The translations under genes were made by a program, and so were the position numbers. Source: Lingula anatina (taxonomy: Eukaryota; Animalia; Brachiopoda). Taken from it: a stretch of 64,000 nt of DNA. The DNA lies in contig CM120643.1 in the NCBI GenBank assembly GCA_051362555.1, positions 5,766,001 to 5,830,000 on the forward strand, in the 5' to 3' direction. Positions 52,091-64,000 of this stretch are shown here, piece by piece (positions within the stretch are counted from its first letter, which is position 1; each line of letters starts with the position of its first letter). The notes under the pieces were generated by a model that was not told where the DNA came from, did no database searches, and saw only the letters and a list, made by a program, of their open reading frames with translations.

Positions 52091-52096
52091 GAGACA

Positions 52097-55000
52097 ATGT
52101 CTACACAGTCGCTGGTAAGTTTTATTTTTTTATTCAAAACTGAAATTCTGTAGCAAGTTCAATGTAAGCCCACACAGCGTCTTTTTACCTGTTCATGATT
52201 TTTTATGTGGTTAATTTTTATTCTTAAAAAATTCATGTCACACGTTTTGCTGATTATTCTGATACTGGTACAAATGCATACATCATAAACTACCAAATAA
52301 TGATACAGAACTCCATGATTTGTATCTTGTTTAACATGATTTCATTTATTTATTGTACATATTGCAGATGACAGCTGATATGGGAATTGAAATTAATAAA
52401 GAAGAACAGTGTGCTCGTAAGTTGTGTGTTAGTATAATCAGACTGTACATGTATGTGTTTTATAATACAATTTGGGCCTAAAACTACTCTTGCAATTATT
52501 TTGTTGTTACTAAAAAAAAAAAAAAAAAAAAAAAAAACATTTTATTTGCTCATAATATGAAAATAAGATAGATATATATCTTTCTTTATTCACATTAATT
52601 GAAGGGATAATAATTAACTCTTTGTATGAGATCTATATTTTACAATAAAAACATTGTGAACAACTCATATAATATAATATAATATAATATAATATAATAT
52701 AATATAATATAATATAATATAATCTGTTTTACCTCAAAAACAGACGTTATAGCTATTATTCTGATATCTGAGCTTGTCAGCAGACCATGTGAACTCCATA
52801 GATAGCTATATTCTGTAATATGAGATTATAACAAAAAAAAAAAAAAAAAAAAACTTTGTAGGAAAAAAAAAAAAACAAAAAAAACAGGGACTAACTTTGA
52901 ATGTAGAAATGGATTCATTAACCATTGGTAAGTATGGGAAAATTGTTGTTTACCCCAGGAAAACTCATTTTTTGGTCAAGACGAACAGTTATTATCCCAG
53001 TGATCAATTTGAATGTCTGTAGTGTAAATATCAAAAAGATATATTGATAGGTAAAGATATATTGTGATATTTATTCTTTTTATTTTTAACAGCCATGGCC
53101 ACAGTCAGAATTGTTTTAAAAAACAATTTATTGAAAGCAAAAGTGGTGGGCAGGGGAACTGCCCTCGGGGGATGGGACCCCCAGCGAGGAGTGAACCTGT
53201 CAAGGTTCACCGATATGGGAGTCCCATCTCTCAGGGCAGAGTATCTCCTGCCCAAGGGCTCAAATATGGTATGGAAATTCATTAAGCCACAAAATGTAAG
53301 TATGAAACTTTTTTTTTTTACAAAAATAATGATCTGAGGTAAAAATGATAATCTTTCAAATTGAAAAGAAAATTTAAAGTCCAATACGTTTAAGTGTTTA
53401 TTTATTCATACCTTCATTCATTTCTTCTGGTGTATTTGATTTATCATTTATTGTATATATATATATTAACATTTTACTTTTAATTTTAGACATTAACATA
53501 TCATCAAGTAATTTATTTGTTTGTTTGTTTGAGTGTTTGTTTGTTTGTTCATTCGTTCATTCATTCATTCATTCATTCATTCAGCCTTATCACCTTGGGT
53601 GTGGCTGGACATGGGAGCCTGAACCCTTTAGGAACAGGCGCCTCCAGGTGACCACTAAGGACAGCATGGAAGTGACCTGTACTTGGGGAGAACTGGACAT
53701 GGAAATAAAAGGTGCTTAGTCTTATAATTCTCTCTTATATAACCAATGGAAATCAAAGGTGAATTAACCTTTTAATTTTTTCATGCATAACATATTGAAA
53801 TAATTATGATTTGATCCAACAATCCTATAAAGTATAACCTATGGGAAGATATGATGAAATGGTCCTTCAATATTGCCAAATACATTTAAGACTTTATTTT
53901 AGTGTATATCATAACTTGTGAATAACAAATAAATATGCCATCTTATTCCAGAGTGGGACTACATGTACAAGCCTGAAGTCCACACAAGTGGTAAGTCCAC
54001 ACCATTGCTCTATTCAATCAACTTGATGCATTTTTTATCTTTTAGGAAGGATTCATGAAATAAAATTACAACAACACCCTGACTCACAGGGTGCAAGTCT
54101 GGACCCTCAGGGGCTGTTGACAATGAATTTGGAGACCTAGCTAATGTGCACTAACTCCATGAAAACTCTCACTGAATACAATCAGGTTAACAGACTAACA
54201 CGCTTCTCTTTGTCTCCAACATGCTCCAACGTACTCACATAAATGGCATTCCTTAAAATTCAATTCTGTTCTTTCAGGTGATACTAAAGAAGAGAATAAT
54301 GTAGCAATTGTTAGGAACCTAAGCATTAAGGAACTAGGTAAGGCTGGAATCACAGTAAAATAATAGTGTTATGAATTTTAATATACATGTACTTGCACAC
54401 ACACATGTACATTAACAAACACACATACACACGCACATATTCACTACAAGCATGTTGCTCAATCAGGTCGTTAGCATACTTAAGAAGATAATTTATTAAT
54501 TTTTAAGTCAATTAAATATTAGAATGTGTCTTCATCAAATTGTAATAAGTCTACTGAATCCTTTTTGAACATGCACAGATATGGAATGTTACATGTAAGT
54601 TTTCATTTGCTATCATTTTGCTCTTTAGCTGATATCAAAGACACAAAGAGTGTGTCAGATGCTGAGGGCAGTGAGGAGAGAGGTAAGACAGTAAGGTCAC
54701 TTTAAGGGAGGAATGTACCCAAATATTGCTAAAAATCATCATTTTGGGGTTTTTATGTCTAATTATTGGTCAAATGTGTATCTAACGTGTAACGGAATAA
54801 CCTTTTTACATTTTGAACAAAAAAATGTTTTTTCTGAGGATTTTGATGCTGCACTCATCGGCATCGGTGGCTTGGTCTTTTCATTTAACACACTTTAAAA
54901 TGTACACACACACACAAACATACTCTCAGACACAAACAGATTGAGGCTGGGGTCTTCTGGGTCTTCTGAAGATGTCCAGAATTTTTTATGTTTACATTGA

Positions 55001-55330
55001 TCAGGATCTAATTTTTTTTGTCAGAAGACAGTCCATAATGGAGGATGGATCAACAAACATAATTTGCAAGGCTTTCAGAATATATTTCTGGATCCAACCC
55101 TGACAAGCACTGTTTAATTTTAATTGAATATGTCTTTGACTATGTAAAATAATGTAATAAATCTTTGTTGTGCACAGACATGGAATGTTTAATTTGTGTT
55201 CCATTTTTTCCTTCAGTTGATGTCAAAGACACAACAACTATGACAGAGGACGTGAAGGAGAGAGGTTAGACAGCAGGGTCAATAGAATAGGGATCTATTT
55301 ATTACACTGATGACGTGATTGTACATGCAT

Positions 55331-55377
<47 letters not shown>

Positions 55378-56291
55378 GGTACTGTACTTGCATGCATGTT
55401 GCACAAGCAAAGTTTGGCCTTTGACAGATTTAAGAAGATACTTTATCTTCTGAAAATTGATGTTTTTGTTGTGTACAGATTGAACACACATAATGTTGAT
55501 GTGAAAATTCAATTTAATTCTGATCTTTCAGTTGATACCAAACTGAAAGACAAGAACAATGTAACACCTGTAAACCCACTAAGTATGGAGGAGATGGGTA
55601 AGAGAGGAATCTCAGTAAAATAGTTATGACTTTTAATATACTTATGAAACATGCATGCACACACACACATACACTAACAAACACACACACATACATACAC
55701 TAACAAACACACACACACACATACACACCACAAGCATGTTGCTCAAGCAGCCTTTAGCATACTTAAGAAGATAATTGATTTTTAAGTCATTTAAATATTT
55801 GAATGTGTCTTCCATAAATTGTAATACTGAATCCTATCTGAACATGCACAGATATGGAATGTTAAGTTTTTATTTGATATCATTTTTCCTTTAGCCAATA
55901 TCAAAGACACAAAGATTGTGTCAGATGCTGAGGGCATCAAAGAAAAAGGTAAGGCAATAAGCTTAGGACAATTTAATGGGAATTCATTTAACACACTTAA
56001 AAATGTAAACACACACAGATGGACTTTAGGGGGAGACTCTCATGCAAAAACACTGAGTTTAAATTCTCTGTTCAGTGATCTAAATCTTTGAATGAATCGA
56101 TGACTTTGTTAAGTAATGTATTGAATTCTTGTTGTGCACAGGTATGAAATGTTTCATTTGTTTTCCTGTCTTTCTTCAGTCAATATCAAAGACACAAAAC
56201 CTGTGACAGTGGACGTGAAGGAGAGAGGTAAGACAGTAGGGTCAATAGAATAGGGGTCTATTTATTACACTGATGGAATGTGATTGTGCAT

Positions 56292-56334
<43 letters not shown>

Positions 56335-56559
56335 CTCTCTCTCTCTCTCCTTATGTTGTGCCAACACAGTTTGTGCTTTTGGCAAGTTTAAAATGATACT
56401 TGGCAATTTTGTTTATTCCAAATACTGGTAAAAGTGTTCATTTAAGCTTCATACACGAAATATGATATTGCATTGACTATTTATTGAACATTATATACTT
56501 ATATATTCTTAGTAAGGAATATTGTATTATACATTTCAGCTCCAAAGAATCGCCGCTAA
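52097..56559 (+). CDS. CBM20 (starch/glycogen-binding) domain protein with micro-exon-encoded repeat tail; 13 exons, 283 aa
   Basis: Exons 52097-52114, 52368-52416, 52862-52927, 53093-53295, 53585-53711, 53952-53990, 54278-54337, 54629-54682, 55217-55264, 55532-55597, 55895-55948, 56180-56227 and 56540-56559. All are GT-AG and splice to one open 852-nt frame. CBM20 motifs VVG..ALGGWDP..V.L, LP...WKF, WEP..NRRL.V, V.CTW. Confidence 0.8.
52668..52723. repeat. (AATAT)n microsatellite
   Basis: Read directly from the sequence. Confidence 0.95.
54255..56400 (+). repeat. Intragenic tandem duplication of a 3-exon module
   Basis: Paralogous exons 60/66, 54/54 and 48/48 nt, plus shared intron sequence (acaagcatgttgctcaa...ttagcatacttaagaagataatt at about 54446 and 55730; agggtcaatagaataggg at about 55276 and 56238). 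Confidence 0.85.
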
Positions 56560-58528
56560 TCTAGGTGGAGGAGGCTATTGAATCTGTTCACGTCTTGCTT
56601 CAGACGCAGGCCAAGGACATAAATAGTTATTATTATTATTATTGTTTTTGTTGTTGTTGTTGTTGTTGTTGTTGTTATTATTATTATTAATTAAATTCTT
56701 AACTCCTCAGACATTAAGAAATGAAGAAAAGTCAACAGTATTTTTAAAAGAATACATTTATTATACATTTACAGAGAAGTTCTTTTTGTTTGTCTCTTTG
56801 TTTTGATGGTATCATAACTAAGTAAGCTTTCAGTTTTTTAGAGGAAAATTATGTCAAACAGCTGGTAAAACTGTACATTAAAGCAGTAATTATATGATAG
56901 CAGCCAGGAGCTGGTGGTTTTAGAGTTACTGTCAACATCTATTTACACCTAAATGAATACACATTTTAACTGAATTACATTGTAATATTTTCATCTTTTA
57001 TTTTTCAGGGTCGTCAGTGCAGAACTATCATTGCCTCTGAAGAAGCCAGTTAAAAACTGCAAAATGTCATTCTCTTAATTTTATGATAATATATTAATTT
57101 TTTGTAATCAAATGAGTTTTGTTTTTCTTTCTTTTCTTAATTGAGGGTACCATTAGGGAGGGGTGATCATAGTTCATGGGAAAGAAAATCATTAATTTAC
57201 AAATCACAGGAAACAAAACTTTATGCATATAACACTGACAATACCAGTTGAAAATCCTGAAAATTATCTGAGAATTGAATCCTGCAAATCCTGAGAATTG
57301 CTACCCTCTACCAGGGCGACAGATTGATTTTCCACAGATATTCACAGATATGTCTCTAGATAAATATAGACAGTCATTTTGGCTGTCAGTCAGCAAAAAA
57401 AGTCCACAATAATAACTGCGGCCCTGGTAGCGGGTAACGAATTGCCGTGTATAAGGCTTTGTTTCACGAAGGACAAAGAATAAAAAGCCGCATTTACGAG
57501 CCACGGGAATGAGGTGCTTCACAGATCACGCTAAATAATATGGACATTTCACGGCTCAATTACTGACAACTTCAGTTTTGCATTAATATTCCATTATGTT
57601 CATGTTTATATACAATAGATATATAGTTCAAACTCCTAGGAATTCACATTAAAAGTGAACTATTGCTTTAGACGACAACTGCTTTCTAGATCACTTGCAA
57701 CTTTTACAGATAATGAGCCCGTTTTAATTAACTTTTATACGTGTAATATTGAGAGTATTCATGTTGATTCACCGTATAGATATTGATAAAAATAGGAGTA
57801 TATATATATTGATGAACCTTGAAAGATCTACATTATAGTTGTTAAATGCAATCCGAGCTTCAATATATATACTTCTATATTGAGAGTACTGTATTTAACA
57901 TTTAATACATCTGGTGGCTACAGTGGAGGAACGGGGGAAACACCCCAACGTTATTAACATTGCCAGTAAAATAATTGGAAGAGATCTCCCCCAACTGGAT
58001 GGTATCACTAAAGACAGAATGGAGAAAACAACAAAATGAATTATTGGGATCCCACCCACCCAGAAAGTTCTCTTTTTAAATTTTTATCCAGCAACAGTAG
58101 ACTTCTGAGGGCCGTAAGCGGTTTGAAGTAGTTTTTTGTCTCTCTTTAATTCCACTTTTAGGCCTAGTTCATAATTTTTTATTGTCCAGTGTTTTATCTT
58201 AGTTTTATCTCTCAAAGGATAACAATTGCTGATATTTATATTAAAATATTTTTATTGGCTGAATAAATTCTTACTTTATCGTATCTTACTTGCACTATTG
58301 CTATAGCCATGTTACATGTATTATCATAAAAAAGTACTGTAAATAGCGGCAACAAGTTCTTTTTTAACACAATTCCTTTTTTGTCATTTTCAAAATGATT
58401 AAAGGGTTTTAAATCTTTTACAACACCCTGCTGAGGTACGATTTTTTTATCTCTTTTACACACAGTACGCTATAAAATGTGCTCGAAGTGGCTACATCTC
58501 TTTACTTTACGTTTATCATCCCAAAAAC

Positions 58529-60095
58529 GTTGCCAACGCTCTCAATTCAGGTCTATCCCTTAAAGTAAAATGTTTTATTATTTAAAATATAACATGAGTA
58601 AAACCAAAACGCTATATTATAATCGAAATTCCCCCCCCCCCCCCCCCTCAATACGCCCCCTTTCTACTGCCCTGGTACCATACAAACTCAGCGTGTGTGG
58701 GAGTGCGAGTAGATCAAGTTCACGGATAGGATATGCCATGTAAGGGGAGATAGGTTATGTCCTTTTGCGTTTCTTTATTCTGTCAATTTTGAGAAGAAAT
58801 ATCAGTGTCTTGTACTACACTTAGTCAATATAAATTTTAAAAGGGTCAATTTTCCTTCTTCTATCACGTAATTCGTCAGATGTAATTAAATACAATAAAT
58901 TCCTACAAAACCCTTACCCCCTCTTGTGAATGCAATGTGTCGTCTGCAGAGCATCAGCGTCTGCTACCTCGCTGGATGCTTCGCGCTTCCCGGGAGCTGA
59001 ACAGTTAACGCGGTCCGAAAAATTTTAGGGAGAGTTAGATGAAATAGAGAGGGGCCGTGGCATATATAAAGTTCTACGTGGTGAAGCTGGAGATGTGGGC
59101 TAGTTTTACTCTTTTCTTTAAAAGTTTGCAATATACTCTGCCTTTCAGTAGCCCCATGCAACCAAAATATTTTGCTGGTATCTTGATACATTTCCCACTT
59201 CTGTCTCCCCCCCCCCCATAAATCGGTCCACACCAAAAAATCAATAATCGTATGGCAATTTTATACAGGCAATTGACCTACTTTTATACCCATGCAGCTA
59301 TTGTCGAGTTTTATGGCTGTGGAGTGAAAACGTAATACTCGTCTGTGACATAAAAGTTATTTATAATTACATAATTTACAAACAATGTATGTGGATCAAA
59401 TGTGTCCAGATTTGTGAGCAAAGGACAACATTACTTTTTGAAAATGATGAAAAATTTGGAGACAAGCAAAAATAAGAAAAAAATGCTTTTTTTCTCTTAT
59501 ATGCAAATTAGGTCCCCTGTTCCCCTGAAGTAATATAAGACTGACCGGAAGTGATGTTCATATCAGAGATTTGTAATTATGATGATCTTGATGGCCTTGA
59601 TGATTTTAATGATAATTCCAAAAATGTAATTAGAGTTTTCAGTTGTCATCTGGTGAGAAAAAAAAATTCTGCACTAACACAATCACTTCACGAGTTAAGA
59701 ATAGATAGTAAACGCGTTTCAGAGATGTACTGCAGATGTCACTGCTTTTGGGTGAAAATTACACGCGATATTAGGTTATAATTACGATATATATAGGTAA
59801 AAAACTGCGTGCCTAATGTTTTCAAGTGAGTGGAAATGGATATCTGCAAACCATTAAAATTTTGACTGCATTTCTATTTATTTGTGTTCGACATGGGTGA
59901 ATTAATAATAATTATTTTATTGGGATATTCTCTCTCTCCCTCTAGTCTCTCACTTTTTTTAAAGCTAATATTAAAGAAAAACCGAGTGAAAAAATAATAA
60001 CTATAACAGTCAAAATAATCAGAAGTAAAAAGATTTTAGAGTTAAAAATCTTTTGGCCACTATAGTTTCTCGTCGTAGAAGTTCACGGGGGAAAT
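58529..60095 (+). mobile_element. Dispersed repeat, copy C; probable non-autonomous DNA transposon
   Basis: Co-linear with 27517-29100, e.g. tatacaggcaattgacctacttttatacccatgcagcta and tatgcaaattaggtcccctg. Confidence 0.7.
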
Positions 60096-60829
60096 TTTTA
60101 AGACATCTTTTAATTGCATTCCGAGATGTATTTTTCAAAATTATACACACATACCGTATTTCAGCTTGTCTTTCTCCATTTTAACAAATATCATTTCTAT
60201 AAATATCAAAACGATACAAAGACATTATAACCACACAATGAAATGGCTCCTCATTTCTCATGATGGCACTCTCTCCATGCTCTGCGGTCCGCATACTTAT
60301 TGCAGAACAGTCATTGAGTTTGTTCCCTTACAATCACGAATTACTCAATAAATTCATTAAGCTGCCTTTTACCATCTTTAAGAAAATTGATATAATTGGC
60401 CCTCATTATATGTGCCACCCATTCCAAGCGCGCGCACACTCACACATACACAAATACTCGCACACATATTTTCTAATTTTTATATTCTTTTAACAAATTT
60501 AAGCACTCAAATTATGTAGGATTTTACATCAATTCCCAAATATCATTTCCCATACTTAGACATACACTACTTTATAAAGATGTCCGTATTGTCATAACCA
60601 AATACGACTGATAAATTATTCCAAGAGCTTTGCGGTTTATAGAGCTTTATTTCGAAGGAATCTACATGTATTGCGATAGAATACAGTTCAAAGCGGGTCC
60701 AACCATTGTAGTTCGTATCTTCAAATTAATGACAAAATTCCCACATTATAAGTGGACTGTCCATGTGCAGGTTGTGTCAACAGATTTAGTCAGCCAGTGA
60801 GTACACGCTGCTTTTACACGGGTTACTTT

Positions 60830-62067
60830 AGCCTCGGTCACAACCGGACGCATGGATTTTAGGATCGCACGTCCCCTACGAATTTTGGGCGCAGTGGAGG
60901 CCGTGGAGGCCGTAGAGGTAGAGGAAAGGTTTCAATGAAAAGGCGCAAGTTTGCCTTGCGAATCGGAGGGGCCACGTGAGATGTCCTTTCAAGCTAGTTG
61001 CGAATTGCCAGGTGCGATGGCCGTGGCAACTGTACTCGTTTCTTGAGTTTCTATTCCTTCCTGCGTACGTGGCACGGACTCACCACTAACGAAGAGAATG
61101 CAACGCACGGCGAATGTAGTTCCCTTTAGAGTCACTTTTGCTTCACACTTGCCTCAAACGAGGCAAAACTGACGTACTGACGGTGTCCGTCAGTTTTGCC
61201 TCGTGTTCTCCCCTTCTTTCTTCGTCCTCCTCTCTTCTTTTCTGCTCTCTATGCTTTTTTCTCTTGCCTTTTGGAGGCATACAGGGTATAAGAAGTTGAA
61301 TCGAGCAAAATTTCAGTTTTGAAAATTGTTTTGCACGTTGCACAGTCGACGTTCTTTGGCGAGACACGATCGTGCGTCGTAAGGACCCTTTTAGGGAGCA
61401 TTCACATCGAGAAGAACCGAGGTCTAGTAAGGCCGCGACCTAAAATGGCGGACCTACATGAAAGGAAGACCGCTAATCTTTTAATGATCTCTCCACCTCT
61501 CACACGCCCCCCCACGCGTTGTCCCTCGACCGGTTGGATTGAGCTGAATTTTAATAACTGTGCTCCTGCAGGGACGACGCGTGGTGAGGATTAACAGGAT
61601 GAGCGGTCTTCCTTTCATGTAGGTCCGCCATATTTAGGTCGCGGCATTACTAGACCTCGGCTCTTCTCGATGTGAATGCTCCCTTATACTCCAGGCGTGA
61701 GGGTGAAGCACGTGCGACGCATTCCTGGTGTGATTTCGACTTTGTTTGTTAGCTGTGAGGGCGTGCGCCGTACTCAACAATCAAAAGGCAGTTGCTCCTT
61801 CATTGATTGCTACGTGCGTCTTGGACCACGCACGTCTCACTGGCGAACTCCTTGTGAACTTGCGAGGTGAGCAAGTCACGCTTGCGGCCTCGCTGTTCGC
61901 AGGTTATTCGTAGAATCTTTCGGACATGTCCAATATCCTCCGTGCGTGCTTACGGACTGTCTGCGAACTCGAAATTTCGTAAGGAGGACTTGCGTGGGAC
62001 GTGAGATTCTGCGCAAAATTTGGACGCAAACAGCCCATAAGAGCCCGTACGGCCTGTGACTGAGGCT
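60830..62067. mobile_element. GC-rich PIF/Harbinger-like non-autonomous element
   Basis: Inverted ends AGCCTCGGTCACA / TGTGACTGAGGCT (12/13) with a sharp GC/CpG rise between them. TSD degenerate. Confidence 0.65.
61394..61683. mobile_element. 290 bp PIF/Harbinger (Tourist-like) MITE nested in the above element
   Basis: ~90 bp TIR starting GGGAGCATTCACATCGAGAAG and a TTA TSD at 61391-93 and 61684-86. Confidence 0.9.
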
Positions 62068-63626
62068 CAAGGTACTTCACTTCCCTAGCAACTGTTGCTA
62101 AGCAACCCTTTGAAATTTTTGGCACTACCCTTAGAAATGATCAGCATAGTCCAAGGAACATTTGTGCTAAGTTTCATGCTTTTTCCACCTTCTGAGTAAT
62201 TTTTACAGCAATCACATGTACTTATAGGTAATTTCCTTGCATGGTTTCCGCACGTTCGAACACTCAAAGCGAAGGCTAGATTTTGCGTTTTAGAGATGAT
62301 TTCAAACGCCGATTTTATGCCGATTTATGATTGAAATGATGTTAAATCGCATTTCTACGGTAATATTAAACCTTCAGGATTTTACAGTTATATGAATAAT
62401 AACAAAATAGTACATGGTAAATGGTAAAGTTACAAGCAATAAAAATGTTACATTACAGAAAGAAGTTGGAGTAGTTTTTACATGCTATTTTTCATTTACA
62501 TTTTAATACCATACCTTGTTCAGATACCTAGATTTATCTGCAAAGTTAACGAGGGTAATGTCTTGTCAACATGCTTGCGTCATTGCCAAGAAGACGGCTG
62601 AGGGATTATCTTCAGCACTCGAACCTGCTGTATCTTGTTCGACATGACACCTTATTAGATACTCAGGAAGGTTCTCCTATTGCGGTATTATCACCCTCGA
62701 CAAGAATATTTTGCCGGAAACAGGAATGTGATCTATCACCTGATTTATGTAATTAATGTAATGTAAACTCTGTGCTAGACTGGTGGACGTTAAAAGGTCC
62801 ACAAAATTCATTATTATTATAATATTGTCTAAAAGGTCGTTTTACCACTTCTTGTTTTCTGTAATGCAGTTTGGTTGTTATTCACCTATAGGGGAAGTAT
62901 CAACAGGTGCTTGTTTTTTATTTCCGGTGTATTTATTCCATCATGAATGACAAGATGAAAAACAAATGGTCACATAAATAACGACTGATGGTTTTCCTTC
63001 CAGTTGGTGTCCCTTTCGGCTGACACAATGATCGATAGATAATTTTAATAAGATCTAATACGATGACTGAGCACTTGGTCCATAAACTTCCTTTACACAT
63101 GGTTGGTGTTCAAATCATAATGAAAATTATGCTCTCTAAACGTGGAAATCAAATAGATGCCAATTCTAGGATGTACAAGTTACATTTCTGTAAAGGGAGC
63201 ATAGGGCCTAATTGCGAAATTCGCAACCCTCCGTTTTTTAAAACGTATTTCATCCCCTCCATTTTTTAAAACGAATTTAATCTCAAGTAACATTGCATGC
63301 ATAAAGACAGAGGGAACAGAGACTGCCTGCTAGCCAAACAATATTTTGATTTTGTCACTGAAAAACAACTGAGAATATTTTCTGATACAAACACTCCTCA
63401 ATATTCTTCTTCTCTTTCAGGGAAAACGCCCAGTGCAGATTCAGACATGACGTATTGACATAACAACCAATGATATTCTTTCACTTGTATATACTGGTAT
63501 ATCTATATTTTGGTATATCTATATATATATATTTTGCTAAACGAAACGGGAAGCAGATATCTACATTTCAGCTATTAAGCAAACCAAATATCAGAGTTGA
63601 CTTTAGTTGCGTTGGAGAGATACAAA

Positions 63627-64000
63627 ATGCTGAACTATTCAGCTAAAGATTTTATAACAGAGGACGCCAACATGACGCTCAACAAAACGTCTACGGTGGC
63701 TTCAGCGTGCACGGATCTGGTATCATGCCTGCCTTTCATCACAGTGGAAGTCATCTTGTTAGTTGCGACGATTGTTGGCAACATCATTTTCATTGCAGCA
63801 TTTGCAAAGTTTAAGGAACTTCGAGAGCCAACAAACTATATCTTGTTGAGTCTCTCAATTACAGATCTAGTCACTGGCCTCGTTGCCATGCCGATTCACA
63901 TAGTCACTGTGTATTTCGTTGACAACTTACCCGGGTTACGTCATCTCGCATCCGAAAAATATTTTTGTCTGTTTAAGACTGCCACTGGATCCGGACTGAT
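63627..64000 (+). CDS. Class A GPCR (adenosine/amine-receptor-like), 5' part, truncated by the window end
   Basis: Manual translation: MLNYSAK..NMTLNKTS (N-glycosylation sites), ILLVATIVGNIIF (TM1 GN), LREPTNYILLSLSITDLVTGLVAMP (TM2), EKYFCLFK (TM3 Cys). Open to the window end. Confidence 0.9.
   Translation, partial: MLNYSAKDFITEDANMTLNKTSTVASACTDLVSCLPFITVEVILLVATIVGNIIFIAAFAKFKELREPTNYILLSLSITDLVTGLVAMPIHIVTVYFVDNLPGLRHLASEKYFCLFKTATGSGL

Noticed and set aside
1-64000. tRNA, rRNA or snRNA genes
   Set aside because: No recognisable cloverleaf or conserved RNA sequence by eye; a covariance-model search was not possible.

Overview
Eukaryotic, AT-rich genomic DNA from an invertebrate animal, probably marine (spliceosomal GT-AG introns, patchy CpG depletion, many DNA transposons). 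No CRISPR arrays or RNA genes were seen. 0-7 kb is a set of decayed fragments: kinase, LINE RT, Gypsy/Ginger integrase, DDE transposase, gag-like and TatD. 8-18.4 kb is a nest of DNA transposons: Ginger1-like termini > Helentron/HINE-like element > 3.85 kb Kolobok > MITE. A pogo/Tc1-type MITE lies at 20.7-22 kb and an intact 2-exon peptide-receptor-like GPCR at 24.8-26.3 kb. A collapsed, frameshifted LRP2/LRP1-like pseudogene runs on the minus strand (31.5-51.7 kb) and contains a 14 kb three-level tandem array with 14 exon-shaped cassettes. A putative bidirectional CpG-rich promoter sits at about 51.7-52.1 kb. It is followed by a 13-exon + strand gene that the ORF track shows only as fragments; it encodes a CBM20 starch/glycogen-binding domain plus a run of symmetric phase-1 micro-exons, and is the most interesting object here. 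Nested Harbinger elements occupy 60.8-62.1 kb, and a second class A GPCR starts at 63627 and runs off the window. All family assignments come from motifs read by eye; no database searches were run.
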